Assembly (NCBI RefSeq): GCF_963921235.1
Contig: NC_086109.1
Location: 20,524,001-20,588,000, forward strand
Length of the DNA: 64,000 nucleotides
Source: Mobula hypostoma
Taxonomy: Eukaryota
Direction: 5' to 3'
Part shown: positions 36,795-49,317 of the stretch, piece after piece
Layout of the letters: the number at the start of each line of letters is the position of its first letter
Position numbering within the stretch: the stretch's first letter is position 1
Notes under the pieces: generated by a model
The model's input: the letters and a program-made list of their open reading frames with translations, nothing else
Database searches by the model: none
What the model was told of the DNA's origin: nothing
Translations under genes and position numbers: made by a program

Positions 36795-37398
36795 GGAGGG
36801 AGGAGAAGATGGTGGTACGACGCAGCACGCGCGGCCGTTCCGAATGATATCGTATGTGTTAACTACGGGGCCGTGCACAATCCTGATTTGATGGAGACAG
36901 CTGTGACAAGCACGGAGGAACACCTGGAGAAACTTCTGAAATGCCCGCTTCGCTGCCGCTGCTACTATGCGATCAAGAATCTCCGGAGGGGAAGGCCCCA
37001 AATCCTCGGCTTTGCCTATTGCCGGGGCCAGGGTTGAAGCGCTCGGCAGAGATGGTGCCCGGTGTTGGAGAGCTGGTCAGAGGCTCGGAGTCAGACTGTG
37101 GTCGGATGCTTCCAGGATGCCACATCGGTAAGTTTGCAGCACTGGAGGTTCACCGTCTGCGTGAGATGATGGGACTTTGAGACTTTTTACCGTGCCCATG
37201 GTCTGTTCTTCATCAAATTACGGTATTGCTTTGCACTGTTGTAACTATATGTTATAATTATGTGTTTTTTGTCAGTTTTTCCTGTCGGTTTGTCGTGTGT
37301 TTCTGTGATATCATTCTGGAGAAACATTGTATCATTTCTTAATGTATGCATTACTAAATGACAATAAAAGAGGACTGCGTGTCCTCTAATCTGATCTA
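36795..37398 (+). mobile_element. Non-autonomous LINE-mobilised element, copy 2
   Basis: Homologous to the reverse complement of 5249-5880; CpG-rich 5' half; tail taatctgatct. Confidence 0.8.
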
Positions 37399-37410
37399 AA
37401 AAAAACACAC

Positions 37411-37768
37411 AAGCGGTGGGGTTGATACACATTTCTACGAAAGGAGGTGTAAGGCGCTCCTTCCCTCCGCTAGTCTACAGGTCATTTTTCAGCAAGGTAT
37501 AGCACCTACTTAGCCCCCCAGTCAGGGTCATGTGAAGCCATGGGACCAGGTGGTGGATGATTATTTGAGCAGCTGGTGCATCACAAGTCCTGGTTGTGCG
37601 ACCAGGCAAACAGTCTCTGAAGAGTATTGATAACGGCCGGGGTCACCCATCTTGTAAAGACACTGCCCAGAAGAAGGCAATGGCAAACCACTTCTGTAGA
37701 AAAATTTGCCAAGATCAAAGACCACGATCCTCCACGCCATACAAGATGTCACATAATGATAACGATGG
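37411..37768 (+). mobile_element. RTE-related SINE/non-autonomous element, copy 1
   Basis: Homologous to 41306-41678; gaagaaggcaatggcaaaccacttc resembles RTE/BovB-type ends; (atg)n-like tail. Confidence 0.75.
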
Positions 37769-38589
37769 TTCAAAAGAATATAAAGGCAGAAGACAAGTTC
37801 CATTCTCTCTCAGCAGATTAATGATTAACTACTTGCTGATCGTTTGATTTTGACTTGCAAAACTGGTAGCTGAATTGATCTGACTTGTAATGCAACACTG
37901 AGAAAATAATAACTGCAACTATCTCTACGTGCTAACATGAGAATAGATCATCATACTCCCTCAAGGGACTGAGTCACTTACAGTGCCTGTAATACGTGTG
38001 AGCTTCTCATTCATCCAAAGAACCCTGGCTTTAAGGACTTGTGCTGAAAGTGATCTGCTTAGTTGCAGCATCCCTGTCATAGCAGATGAATGCAAAGCTG
38101 GACAATGCACGGCCGGGAACTTTCCATTTATAACCCTGCACATCAGTCCTGGAGCTCGCCCAATCCACAAAAGCATTTGAGCCGCATATTATGAGGCTTT
38201 GTTTAAAACTAAATGAGCACAACAGGCCAATTAATCACAACAGTGCTTTGACAAATAAGGGTTAACAGGCATCTGTCAAACCCAACACTTGTGGGAAAAG
38301 TACAGCATAAATATAGGGCAGTAAATTGTTTCTAAATACAGATGACCCCAGTTCGCATCACCCCTGGTTGAAAGGCATCAGCTGTCACGTGACAAAAATG
38401 CATTTATGTATCAAAAGCAAAGACTCACACTTCTCATGTCAAACGACTTTTGCCGTTCCACATTCAAATGCCACCTTTTCTTCAGTAATGCTATAGGTAA
38501 AGTTGCAAATATGTAACATTCTGTGATGTCTTCAGCTTTTCCTTGTCTTCAAAATTACTTCCACTCTACAATCCATTTGTAGAGGTAGT

Positions 38590-39015
38590 GCAACCACTCA
38601 AGTCGAATATGATGTTCTCCAAAGGGGTTGTCCATTGGTGGGACTTAGGTGGTTGTGGAGGCCAATCAGAGATCCACATACTCTGGGGCAGTGGGCAGAA
38701 GCAAGTGGTGGCTGTGGTTAGTGGTTGGGTCGTTTGGTTGCTCAGTCTCGTCTCTCGCAGCCTCCACTTGTTCTCTGTGGCACAGCAGAGGTCGTTCTCA
38801 TGTAGTGTAGCTCCTTCTTGAACAGATTTGCTCGTCTTTAGATGTCATGTTTGAGTTCCTTCAGGCTGATTTTGATGTTTCCTTTGAAGTGTTTCCTTTG
38901 CCCACCAGGGGTTCTCTGATCTTCATTTAGCTGGGAGTAAAGTATCTGTTCAGGGAGATGTGAGTTAGGCACCCAAATGACATGATTTATCCATCAGAGT
39001 TGGATACAGTCCATC
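38590..39015 (-). mobile_element. RTE-clade LINE 3' fragment
   Basis: Minus strand WINHVIWVPNSHLPEQILYSQL...GGQRKHFKG and C-terminal CPRVCGSLIGLHNHL. Confidence 0.78.
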
Positions 39016-39019
39016 TATA

Positions 39020-39370
39020 TCCATAAGACATAGGAGCAGAATTAGGCCATACAGCCCATCGTGTCTGCTTTATTATTACATCATGGATGATTTATTATAC
39101 CTCTCAGCCCCATTTTCCTGCCTTCTGTCAGCAACTTTTGACAAACGTACTAATCAAGAACCTATGAACCTCCACTTTAAATATACTCAGACAGCTTCCA
39201 GATTTACTACCTTTTGGCTAAAGAAATTCCTCCTTACCTCTATTCTAATGGGATGTTCTTCTATTCTGAGGCTGTGACCACTGGTTCTATATTTCCCCAT
39301 TGTAGGAAAAATCCTCTCTATGCCCATACTGTCTAGGCTTTTCAATATTCAATAGGTTTCAATGAGATCA
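39020..39370 (-). mobile_element. CR1 LINE 3' end
   Basis: ccataagacataggagcagaattaggcc tail; homologous to 6676-7011. Confidence 0.82.
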
Positions 39371-39445
39371 CTTTTAGATAAGCTGAACTGCTACTTTCTG
39401 TAGCAATGCACATTTGCTTCTATTGAATTTTACGTTGTTTTCTTT

Positions 39446-39938
39446 AGTACTGTGAAAAGGTTTTAGGCACACATATATAGCTAGGGTGTCCAAGACTTTT
39501 GTACAGTACTCTATTTGTCAACGTGAGAGCGAGTTTGTAAATCTGATGGGAGCAAAGGATATTGGGAATGCCGAGAGTGGAGCACCGCGGGAGGATGTGG
39601 GAAAGGTGGCAGAGAAGGAATGCCAGGGGCTGAGGGTGGCACGGGTACAGTCACAACCAGCCCTGAGACACCAGGCGAGGTTATTTGATTCAAAACAATT
39701 GATCATTACAGAATGCCCTTCTGGTGTTTCCCACTCCTTCTCCTTTTCCAAAACATGATTCTCCCCTCCCTGCCTCCTTCCCACTCTGTCCTCAATACAG
39801 ACCTATATCAGAATCAGGTTTATCATCATTCACACGTCATGAAATTTGTTAGTTTTTTTTGCGGCAGCTTACAGTGCAATGTGAAAGTCTTGGGCACCCT
39901 ACCTATATACATGTGCCTAAGACTTTTGAACAGTATTG
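39446..39938. mobile_element. Tc1-type MITE with doubled TIRs
   Basis: agtactgtgaaaaggttttaggcac / gtgcctaagacttttgaacagtattg then TA; same TIR family as 9010-9036. Confidence 0.8.
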
Positions 39939-40687
39939 TAGCTACACAAGCTTTGCCCAATATTTGAAGGATTTTTCTTTGTGCTATTAACACAATCTTG
40001 TTTGTGCAGATGATGATCTCTACCTTGTAGCATCATATTTCATATTAATCTCCCTGTATCCAGCCTGTCAATCCCTGTCACAGCTTTGTAGCTTTCAATT
40101 AGATCACCTCTCATTCTTCTAAGGTCTAATGAATACCGATCCCACAGCCTACAGACTCACTTTCAACTACAACTCATGTTCTCAGTATTATTCATTTTTA
40201 TTTGCACTATTTGTCTTGTTTTGCACATTTGTTGTTTGGCAGTCTTTATGTAGATTTTCATAATTTATATTGTATTTATTTTCCTGTAAGTGCCTGCAAA
40301 ACTATATTTCTCAATGTAGCTTATACATACTTTGACAATAATTTATTCTGACTTGTAAGTTACAGGCCTAGTCAATCTCTCCCGATACAAAAGATCCATC
40401 ATCCCTTTCATCAACCCGATTAGCCTTTGGAACACTCAATCTTTCACAAGTACAGTATGTCCTTTCTTAGCTAAGGGGACAAAATGCAATAATAATCCAG
40501 GTATAGTTTTACCAAGGTCCTGTATAATTGTAAGAAGATATTGTGTTTACCTTTGAACTGTATTCAAAACACTTGGAATGAGGGCCATGAGACTATTGCC
40601 TTCCTAACCTTTGCTACATGCTTTCAGTGATTCATGTACAGGGTCATCAGATTCCTTGTACATCAACTTCCCTGATCTGTCGCTATT

Positions 40688-41303
40688 GACAATAAACTGG
40701 ACTGGTCAAAGAACACTGAGGCTGTCTACAAGAAGGGTCAGAGCCGTCTCTATTTCCTGAGGAGACTGAGGTCCTTTAACATCTGCCGGACGATACTGCG
40801 GATATTCTACGAGTCTGTGGTGGCCAGTGCTATCATGTTTGCTGTTGTGTGCTGGGGCAGCAGGCTGAGGGTGGCAGACACCAACAGAATCAACAAACTC
40901 ATTCGTAAGGCCAGTGATGTTGTGGGGATGGAACTGGACTCTCTGATGGTGATGTCTGAAAAGAGGATGCTGTCCAAGTTGCATGCCATCTTGGACGATG
41001 TCTCCCATCCACTACATAATGTACTGGGTGGGCACAGGATTACATTCAGCCAGAGACTCATTCCATCGAGATGCAGCACAGAGCGTCACAGGAAGTCATT
41101 CCTGCCTGTGGCCATCAAACTTTACAACTCCTCCCTTGGAGGGTCAGACACCCTGAGCCAATAGGCTGGTCCTGGACTTATTTCCTGGCATAATTTACAT
41201 ATTACTATTTAATTATTTATGGTTTTGTTACTATTTATTATTTATGGTGCAACTGTAACAAAAACCAATTTCCCCCGGGATCAATAAAATATGACTATGA
41301 CTA
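40688..41303 (+). mobile_element. Young Rex1-type LINE 3' end (second subfamily)
   Basis: DNKLDWSKNTEAVYKKGQSRLYFLRRLRSF...FAVVCWG...HRKSFLPVAIKLYN, open frame; (tatgac)n tail; possible ctatt TSD. Confidence 0.9.
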
Positions 41304-41305
41304 TT

Positions 41306-41678
41306 ACAGGGTAGCGGAGTGGAGATATGTCTCTACCAAAGGAGGTGCAAGGCACTCTTTCCCTCCACTAGCCTGCAGGTCACTCTTGGAAAGGTGTAAT
41401 ACCTGCTTAGCCACCTGATCAGGGTCATGTGAAGCCATGGGAGAAGGTGGTGGATGGTCATATGAGCAGCCAGTGCATATCACAAGTACTAGTTACGTGA
41501 CCACTGGCACCAGGCAGACAATCTCTGAAGAGTAGTGGTAATGGCTGGTGTCACCTGCCTTGCAAAGATGCTGCCCAGAAGAAAAATTCTTCTGTGGAAA
41601 AGTTTGCCCAGAACAATCATGGTCATTGGAAGACCACGTTCACCCTCATCATATGACACAGCACATAATGATGATTAT
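41306..41678 (+). mobile_element. RTE-related SINE/non-autonomous element, copy 2
   Basis: Homologous to 37411-37768 (tcagggtcatgtgaagccatggga, tctctgaagagta). Confidence 0.75.
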
Positions 41679-42014
41679 GCTGCTGTTCACTTTTATCCCC
41701 CCTACTGAGACCCAAACCGATTGGCAAAAATGAAGACAATTTCTTTTTATTTTTAAAAGTGGCAGAGACTGAGGCCTACAAACTTTTGTCTGAAAGTTTG
41801 ATAACAGCAAAAACTATAAAGCAGATTGGATGCCTGAAAAGAAGGCTGTGGGGTTGGGGGGTCGGGAGAAGAGCACAGGAGCAGGACTAACTGGATTGTC
41901 AGGTCCAAGAAAAGAGGGTGGGCTATCCCAATTGATAGCAAATTATCATGATTAATGCATGTCAATGGGACTAGGCAGAATAACATCTTCAAATAATGTC
42001 CCACCTCAATGCAT

Positions 42015-42270
42015 CACGAGAGGGCACAGTTTTAAGGTGCTTGGAAGTAGGGTACAGAGGAGATGTCAGGGGTAAGTTTTTTTAAAATGCAGAGAGTGTT
42101 GAGTGCGTGGAATGGGCTGCTGGCGACGGTGGAGGCAGATACAATAGGGTCTTTTAAGAGACTCCTGGATAGGTACATGGAGCTTAGAAAAATAGAGGGC
42201 TACGGGTAACCATGGGTAATTTCTGAAGTAAGTACATGTTTGGCACAGCATTGGTTTTCTATGTTTCTAT
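42015..42270 (+). mobile_element. CR1 LINE 3' end
   Basis: cacgagagggcacagttttaaggtg...gagtgcgtggaatgggctgc...ttctatgtttctatg. Confidence 0.82.
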
Positions 42271-42731
42271 GCATCACCATGCCTGCACTACCACTGCTGA
42301 GAACATGGAGCTCCCTACCTAATAGCACTGGCAGCACCTTCACTTTGTGAAATGTAATGGTTAAAAGTGACTCATCACCATCTTCTCAAGGGTAAATAAT
42401 AATCAATAATAGCCAACCGTGCTTGTGGCACTCACATTAGTAGATGAACACAGCATCAACCAAGTGCTTGGGTCTTCAGCGTCTAACCCTCACAGTCCAT
42501 AGAAAGATTTAAAATGTCTATTTTGTTGAAAGCACTTACCACTTAGTGAACATTTACAAAAAGAAGTTATTCCATTCCCTGATGAGTGAGCTGAAGGGAC
42601 ATTTTTCTTTTATCCCTGACTTGTATTTGAGGTAAGCAAGTGGTCTGGAGAAGAGTCGATCAGCGGCTGTAAATGAACAGTACATTATGAAGACCCAGGG
42701 GATATAATTTATACCCCACAAGTGAACTGAC

Positions 42732-43760
42732 CGGTTCCACAGGGATCAGTGTTGGGGCCGCTTCTTTTTACATTGTACATCAACGATTTGGATTATGGAA
42801 TAGATGGCTTTGTGGCTAAGTTTGCTGACGATACAAAGATAGGTGGAGGGGCCGGTAGTGCTGAGGAAACGGAGAGTCTGCAGAGAGACTTGGATAGATT
42901 GGAAGAATGGGCAGAGAAGTGGCAAATGAAGTACAATGTTGGAAAGTGTATGGTTATGCACTTTGGCAGAAAAAATAAACGGGCAGACTATTATTTAAAT
43001 GGGGAAAGAATTCAAAGTTCTGAGATGCAACGGGACTTGGGAGTCCTTGTACAGGATACCCTTAAGGTTAACCTCCAGGTTGAGTCGGTAGTGAAGAAGG
43101 TGAATGCAATGTTGGCATTCATTTCTAGAGGAATAGAGTATAGGAGCAGGGATGTGATGTTGAGGCTCTATAAGGCGCTGGTAAGACCTCACTTGGAGTA
43201 CTGTGGGCAGTTTTGGGCTCCTTATTTAAGAAAGGATGTGCTGACGTTGGAGAGGGTACAGAGAAGATTCACTAGAATGATTCCAGGAATGAGAGGGTTA
43301 ACATATGAGGAACGTTTGTCCGCTCTTGGACTGTATTCCTTGGAGTTTAGAAGAATGAGGGGAGACCTCATAGAAACATTTCGAATGTTAAAAGGCATGG
43401 ACAGAGTGGATGTGGCAAAGTTGTTTCCCATGATGGGGGAGTCTAGTACGAGAGGGCATGACTTCAGGATTGAAGGGCGCCCTTTCAGAACAGAAATGCA
43501 AAAAAATTTTTTTAGTCAGAGGGTGGTGAATCTATGGAATTTGTTGCCACGGGCAGCAGTGGAGGCCAAGTCATTGGGTGTATTTAAGGCAGAGATTGAT
43601 AGGTATCTGAGTAGCCAGGGCATCAAAGGTTATGGTGAGAAGGCAGGGCAGTGGGACTAAATAGGATAAAATGGATCAGCTCATGATAAAATGGCGGAGC
43701 AGACTCGATGGGCTGAATGGCCTACTTCTGCTCCTTTGTCTTATGGTATTATGGTCTTAT
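42732..43760 (+). mobile_element. Young 5'-truncated CR1 LINE; uninterrupted 303-aa RT C-terminal frame
   Basis: [52 protein letters not shown]; tail ttatggtattatggtcttat. Confidence 0.96.
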
Positions 43761-44224
43761 AACTCATGACCACTGAAGCTGTGTGAGACTTACATTTGGA
43801 GCCATGAGGAATATAAATCACATCTCAGGGGACTTCATAATGTATTCTATTTTACTATATTAATTTTTAACATCTGCTATATAGATTGTTATTTTACTGG
43901 AACTCTTACTCTTCTGCAAATTGGTTCCAGTAAAGCTGGAAGAATTGCAAGTACTGGTCTGTCAATGGTTCCTGTTAGAGTGAGTACTTATCAACCTCAG
44001 GTTCTCCTACAATATGACCACTAATCTGTTAATGGTTTCTCTGCAATGCAAGCACTAATTGCCCTACAGTTCCTCTGTTTTGCCGGTATTGATCTGTTAT
44101 GGTTCTCCTATAAAACGAAGGCTGATTATTCCAAGGTTCTCTCACTAAGCAATTAGAGACTGGTCCATTTATGCTTTTACCATAACAATGTACTGATCTT
44201 TTACTGCCCTGCATTTAACAGAAG

Positions 44225-45125
44225 AAACAGGAGCAGCAGACCATCTGATCCCTTGAACCTGATCCACCAATCAGCAGATCCTCAAACTACATTCCCAATC
44301 CCTTAATTCCCTTTGTATCCAAAAATCTATTAACCTCAGCCTTGAATATACTCAATGACTGAGTATTTTCTGACACGGGGAATTCTTTTGATAAAGAAAT
44401 TGTACATAAACAGTCAAGTCATCCAATATACCCCCTACATTGTAGATTTTCCGGTAGGTGAAATAACTCACCTGTACCCATCAGGTCAAGAAGCATACTT
44501 CATACTTCAAACCTCATTCTTCTGAAATGTAGAGATTGTAAACACATCCTATTAGGATTCTCCTCATCTGCCCAATCCCAGGAATCAATCTAATAAAACT
44601 TTACTACAAGTCCCTTAGGCAAATATTGCCACTTTCAGCACGGAGGTCAAAATTTCATACAGTGTTTCACATATATTCACATCAGACCCATTGACAAATG
44701 CAGAAAGCCTTCCTTGTTCTTGGACTTCAATATATTGTAAAAAAAACATACCCCATTGTTATCTCAATAACATGTAATATTTTCATTGTATCTGTGATTT
44801 GACTAAAATGCATTCACTCTGAATACCAATATTTAATAGCCTGTCACCATCTTAAAAACATGTTTCTTCTTTATTTCCTACCTGAGTTAGTAATGATATT
44901 TTCTGAGATTATACGCCATCTGCCACCTTCTCGTTGACTCTTCTATTATTTTGCATATATTTTGTGTCCCCCTTGGTTTACTTTTCTACATAGCTTTGTA
45001 CTGTCAACAAACTTGGAGATATTAAATGCAGTCGCTTCATTTAAGTCTTTACGTTATAGCCAGCTGAAGGCTCTGCACTCATTTTTGTGGCACTAGATCT
45101 CAACAATTTATAAATCTGAAAAAGG
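44225..45125 (-). mobile_element. Old CR1 LINE fragment
   Basis: atcccaggaatcaatct, ccatctgccac and tcaacaaacttggagat are decayed reverse complements of CR1 RT motifs. Confidence 0.6.
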
Positions 45126-45329
45126 CATTATCATCACTGCCCATTGACTTCAGGGAGGGTAATGGAGTACACAACCCAGTCTGCGTCAACTATGCTGAGG
45201 TTAAATTTCCGATATACTTTCATGGTGTCTGATTTGATGGAAAAAGTCATTCCCACCCCTCCAAATCCCAGCTGCTGGTGCTTAAGAGTTTCATGTTCCT
45301 AGATACAAATATCACCAACAATTTGTCCT

Positions 45330-45725
45330 GATGCGGCCATGTAAATACTATGGCCAAGAAAGCACATCAGTGCCTCTACTTGCTCAGAATTCTAACAAAA
45401 TACCGCATGATCCTGATTACCCTCACAACTTTTTAACAGATGCAGCATTGGAAGTATCCTATCCAGATGCATCACTGCTCAGCCAAGACTCAAGAAATTG
45501 CAGAGAGTTGTGAACCCAGCCCAATACTCAAACCATCCTATCCTCCACTGACTCTGTCTACACTTACCCCTTACTTTAGGAAAGCAGCCAACATAATCAA
45601 GGGCACCATGCACCCAGTCATTCTCTCTTCTCTCCCTCCTATCGGGCAGAAGAGATAAAAGCTTGAGAACATGTACCACCAGGCTAAAGAACAGTTTCTA
45701 CCCCACTCTAATCACTCTTGGAGCA
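45330..45725 (+). mobile_element. Old Rex1-type 3' fragment
   Basis: YFRKAANIIKGTMHP...SLPPIGQK; gcttgagaacatgtaccaccaggctaaagaacagtttcta. Confidence 0.72.
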
Positions 45726-46374
45726 GGCTTCTTAATAATCAAAAATCTCTTAATCTACATTGTCAACATTGGGGGGGGGCTTCTTCACACAGAGAGTGGT
45801 GGGAGTGTGGAATGAGCTGCCAGATGAAGTGGTAAATTGGTCAGGTACATGGATGAGAGGTGTATGGAAGGATATGGTCCAGCTGCAGGTTAGTGGGACT
45901 GGGCAGAAAAATGGTTCAGCATAGCCAAGAAGGGCCAAAAGGCCTGTTTCTGTGCTGTAATGTTCTATGTTCTATATCATGGTCCTTGCAGTTTATCTGT
46001 CTGCCTGCACTATACTTCCCCTGTAACATTGTATTGTGCGTTCTGTTTTGTTTTTCTTTTGTACTACCTTGATGAACTTACATATGGCACAATCTGTCTG
46101 GATGGCATGCAAACAATGTCTCTTGTCACTGTCAATGTCACCGTCTCTTGGTATATGTGACAAAAAAAATTACTAATTAGCATTTTCTGAGACATCTATC
46201 CAAGCTAATAAATTACTCTACCCACACCACAAGTAACTTTCCATGAGTCACATTATCAAATAATGTCTGAAAATCACCCTTTTTTAATCTACTGTACAAG
46301 CAAATGACATATTTAGTGGCAGGAATTCCCCATCATGTTGACTGACTAATCATATTTATGGTTTACTTCTACCA

Positions 46375-46598
46375 CTGTAGTGTAGCAGTTAGCACACTTC
46401 ACAGTACCAGTAACCCAGGTTCAATTCCTGCCGCTGTCTATAAGGAGTTTGTACATTTGCCCTGTAACTGCGTGGATTTCCTCTGGGTGCTCTGGTTTCC
46501 TCCCACAGACCAAAGATGTATTGGTTGGTTAATAGGTCATAGTAAATTGTCCAATAATTAGGTTAGGGTTAAATCGAGGGTTGCTGGGTTGTGCAGCA
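46375..46598 (+). mobile_element. HE1/V-SINE-like SINE
   Basis: B-box-like ggttcaattcc; ggagtttgtacatttgccctgtaactgcgtggatttcctctgggtgctctggtttcctcccaca. Confidence 0.82.
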
Positions 46599-46599
46599 A

Positions 46600-46925
46600 C
46601 TCTGTAGTCAATACTTCGATTTATGAAGGCCAATGTGTCAAAAAACTCTGTTTACTACCCTGTCTATCTGTGATGCCATTTTCAAGGAATTATGGACCTG
46701 TATTCCCAGATCCCTCTGTTCTGTGACAATCCTCAGTGTCCTACCATTCATCATGCAAGTCCTACACTGGTTTGTCCTCCCAAAGTGGAACACCTCACAC
46801 CTGTCTTCATAACATTCCATCTGCTATTTTTCAGCCCATTTTTCCAACTGGTAGAGATCCCACTGCAAGCCTTGATAGCCGTCCTCGTTGTCCACTACGC
46901 CCCCAATCTTGGTGCTATCCACAAA
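46600..46925 (-). mobile_element. CR1 LINE RT fragment
   Basis: CEVFHFGRTN...EQRDLGIQVHNSLKMASQIDRVV. Confidence 0.82.
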
Positions 46926-47497
46926 TCTATCAAATAAAAAGATCAAAAATACATCAAAGAAACTTATGGAAAGGGACATTTTAAATTATAGCCATCTTAG
47001 TAGTTGAATAGTCAAGCAGATGAATATACACCTTTACAGACTATACAAGGACACAAAATATTTCACAATTGCCAAGGAACAAGGATGAGAATATAACTAT
47101 AGCAGAGATGAGGGTGGATGTCCTTTGGGTAGAAATAAGGCATGTCAGAGGAAGGAAGCTCTGAACATCTGTTGGAAAGCACTAGTCACAAAAAGAATCT
47201 TAATCGGAACAGATGCAGTTGTTACAGGCGAGTTCAAATTACCAAGGAACGATTGATTGGGCAATAGGAACAAAGTACGACATTGAGCACAGTATCACAT
47301 TGTTAATCAGCCATTATGATTTGGTTGTTTGTTGATGATACTGTACTAGTTTCCTTTAGGATCCTGAATTCAAATCAGTAATACAGATTGGGTCAGATCC
47401 CAATGATATTTGTTTCAAGATTATCTTTGCGTGTGTCTTGACCACCATTTAATTTCTAACCTTTGCCTGCCAGTTTGATACTTCCAAAATGAAACAA

Positions 47498-47969
47498 TAC
47501 TCAGCGGTCACTTTATTGGGTATCTCCTGTACTTAATAAAGTGGTCACTGAATGTTTGTGGCCTTATGCTTCTGCAGCCCATCCACTTCATGGTTTGATG
47601 TGTTTTGGGTTTTCCATTGGTCTTCTGCACACCACTGTTGCAATGCTTGGTTATTTGATTTACTGTCATCTTTCTGTCAGCTTGAATCAGTCTGCCATTC
47701 TCCCTAGACCTCCCTCATTAACAAGGCATTTTAGCCCAAAGAACTGCTGCTCACTTTTTGCCTTTGTGCTTGTTGTGCATGAAAATCCCAGGAGATCAGC
47801 AATTTCTGAGATATTCAAACCACCCCATCTGGCACCAACAACCACTTAGTCAGTCACATTACTACCCTATTCTGATGCTTAGGCTGAACAACTGAACCTC
47901 TTGACCATGTTTGCATGTTGAGTTGCTGCCACATGATTGATATTTGCATTAACAAAATGTACAGGTGTA
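47498..47969 (-). mobile_element. Tc1-derived non-autonomous element, copy 3
   Basis: Homologous to 24318-24828. Confidence 0.82.
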
Positions 47970-48077
47970 AAGTTAAACAGTGTGAAAAACATTGAGGGAC
48001 AGAATCCAAACTAAATGTGTGTTAGTAATAAAACAGAGGAATTGGAAGTGTTGATCTATAAATTACCAGATAATATG

Positions 48078-48268
48078 TAACACAAGAAATTCTGTAGATG
48101 CTGGAAATCTTGAGAACCACACACAAATTGCTGGTGGAACTCAGCAGGTCAAGCAACATCTATGGAGGGAAATGAGCTGTCGGCATTTTGAACTGAGACC
48201 CTTTATTAGGACTGGAAATAAAAGAGAGAAAAAGCCAGAATAATATGGGGGAGGGGAAGGAGCACAAC
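48078..48268 (-). mobile_element. Penelope terminal fragment (decayed)
   Basis: aacacaagaaattctgtagatgctggaaatc...gagaccctttattaggactgg. Confidence 0.78.
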
Positions 48269-48308
48269 TTTGGTTCAGAGACAATATTAGCCAATTCAGT
48301 GTGAAGTA

Positions 48309-49317
48309 CAGTGTATTCCAGTTAATTGGGCCATCAGCTAATCAGGGCAGCTGCTTATTTGGGCCAACTCTTAAAAAAGAAAAACTAATCGAGAAAATAT
48401 CCAGGATTCTCTTCACTTATTTTGGATACTATGCCATTTAATTGGGACAGGAAACTGTTATCAGACGGTTTCTAACTAGCATCAGCAGTGTGCACTTGAC
48501 ATGGCCATTAGAGACTACACTGTACTTAGAGTGAATCATTTTTAAATTGCATCATATTGCATGTGTTTTTGTTCAAAAAATATTTTTTGTCACTGATAGT
48601 TGGTGAGAAATAAGCAGCAAGACAATTCAGAACAGTTTTGCTCACTGCATTTTCAAGCATTCAAGCTTGGAGATGACAGATACAGCCAGGAGAGAAAATG
48701 AAGCAATTTCATGACTTCAACAAGTTAGGTACTACAAAGAATTTAAAGGTATCGCCAATCATCTTGAATGTTACAATGAAAATTAAGATTTGGAAGATGC
48801 AATCGTCTGATAGCAGTCCATTATCTGCACTAGGTACCTGCGCTCATTTTTGTTCATTTACAGACAATCAAAAGAACAAGTACACTGTATTAATTCCTCC
48901 ATGGATAACTGTTAGGAACTAATAGTTTTATAATACTGTAGTCCTACAAAACTAGTGTTCTAATTTGTCTTTCTTTTTTTCATTTAAATATAGAATTTGT
49001 TACTTAGTTAAATGGTAATGTCTTTTTTTTAAACATACCTTTTAAAATATTTCCATGAAACTTTGGCTAATTGGGGCAGCGGCTTTATTGGTCCAAAATG
49101 TACTAGCCCTGATGTGACCTAATTAACTGGAATTCAGAATCAGGTTTAATATCACCAGCATATGTTGTGAATTTTGTTAACTTTGGGCAGCACTACAATG
49201 ATAACATGATAATAGAGAGAAAAAGAAGAAATAAAATATATATTATGTATATTCAATTAAATAAGTAGTGCAAAGAAGTAGTGAGGTATTGTTCATGAGT
49301 TCAATGTCCATTCACTG
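48309..49317. mobile_element. Tigger/pogo-like TA-flanked non-autonomous element; right TIR split by a Rex1 tail insertion (49137-49309)
   Basis: TA|cagtgtattccagttaatt ... aattaactggaattca[insert]ctg|TA; attca duplicated at 49132-49136 and 49310-49314. Confidence 0.78.

Noticed and set aside
42749..43660. 303-aa ORF as a host gene or functional reverse transcriptase
   Set aside because: It is a 5'-truncated CR1 RT starting mid-domain with no true ATG start and ending in a LINE tail.
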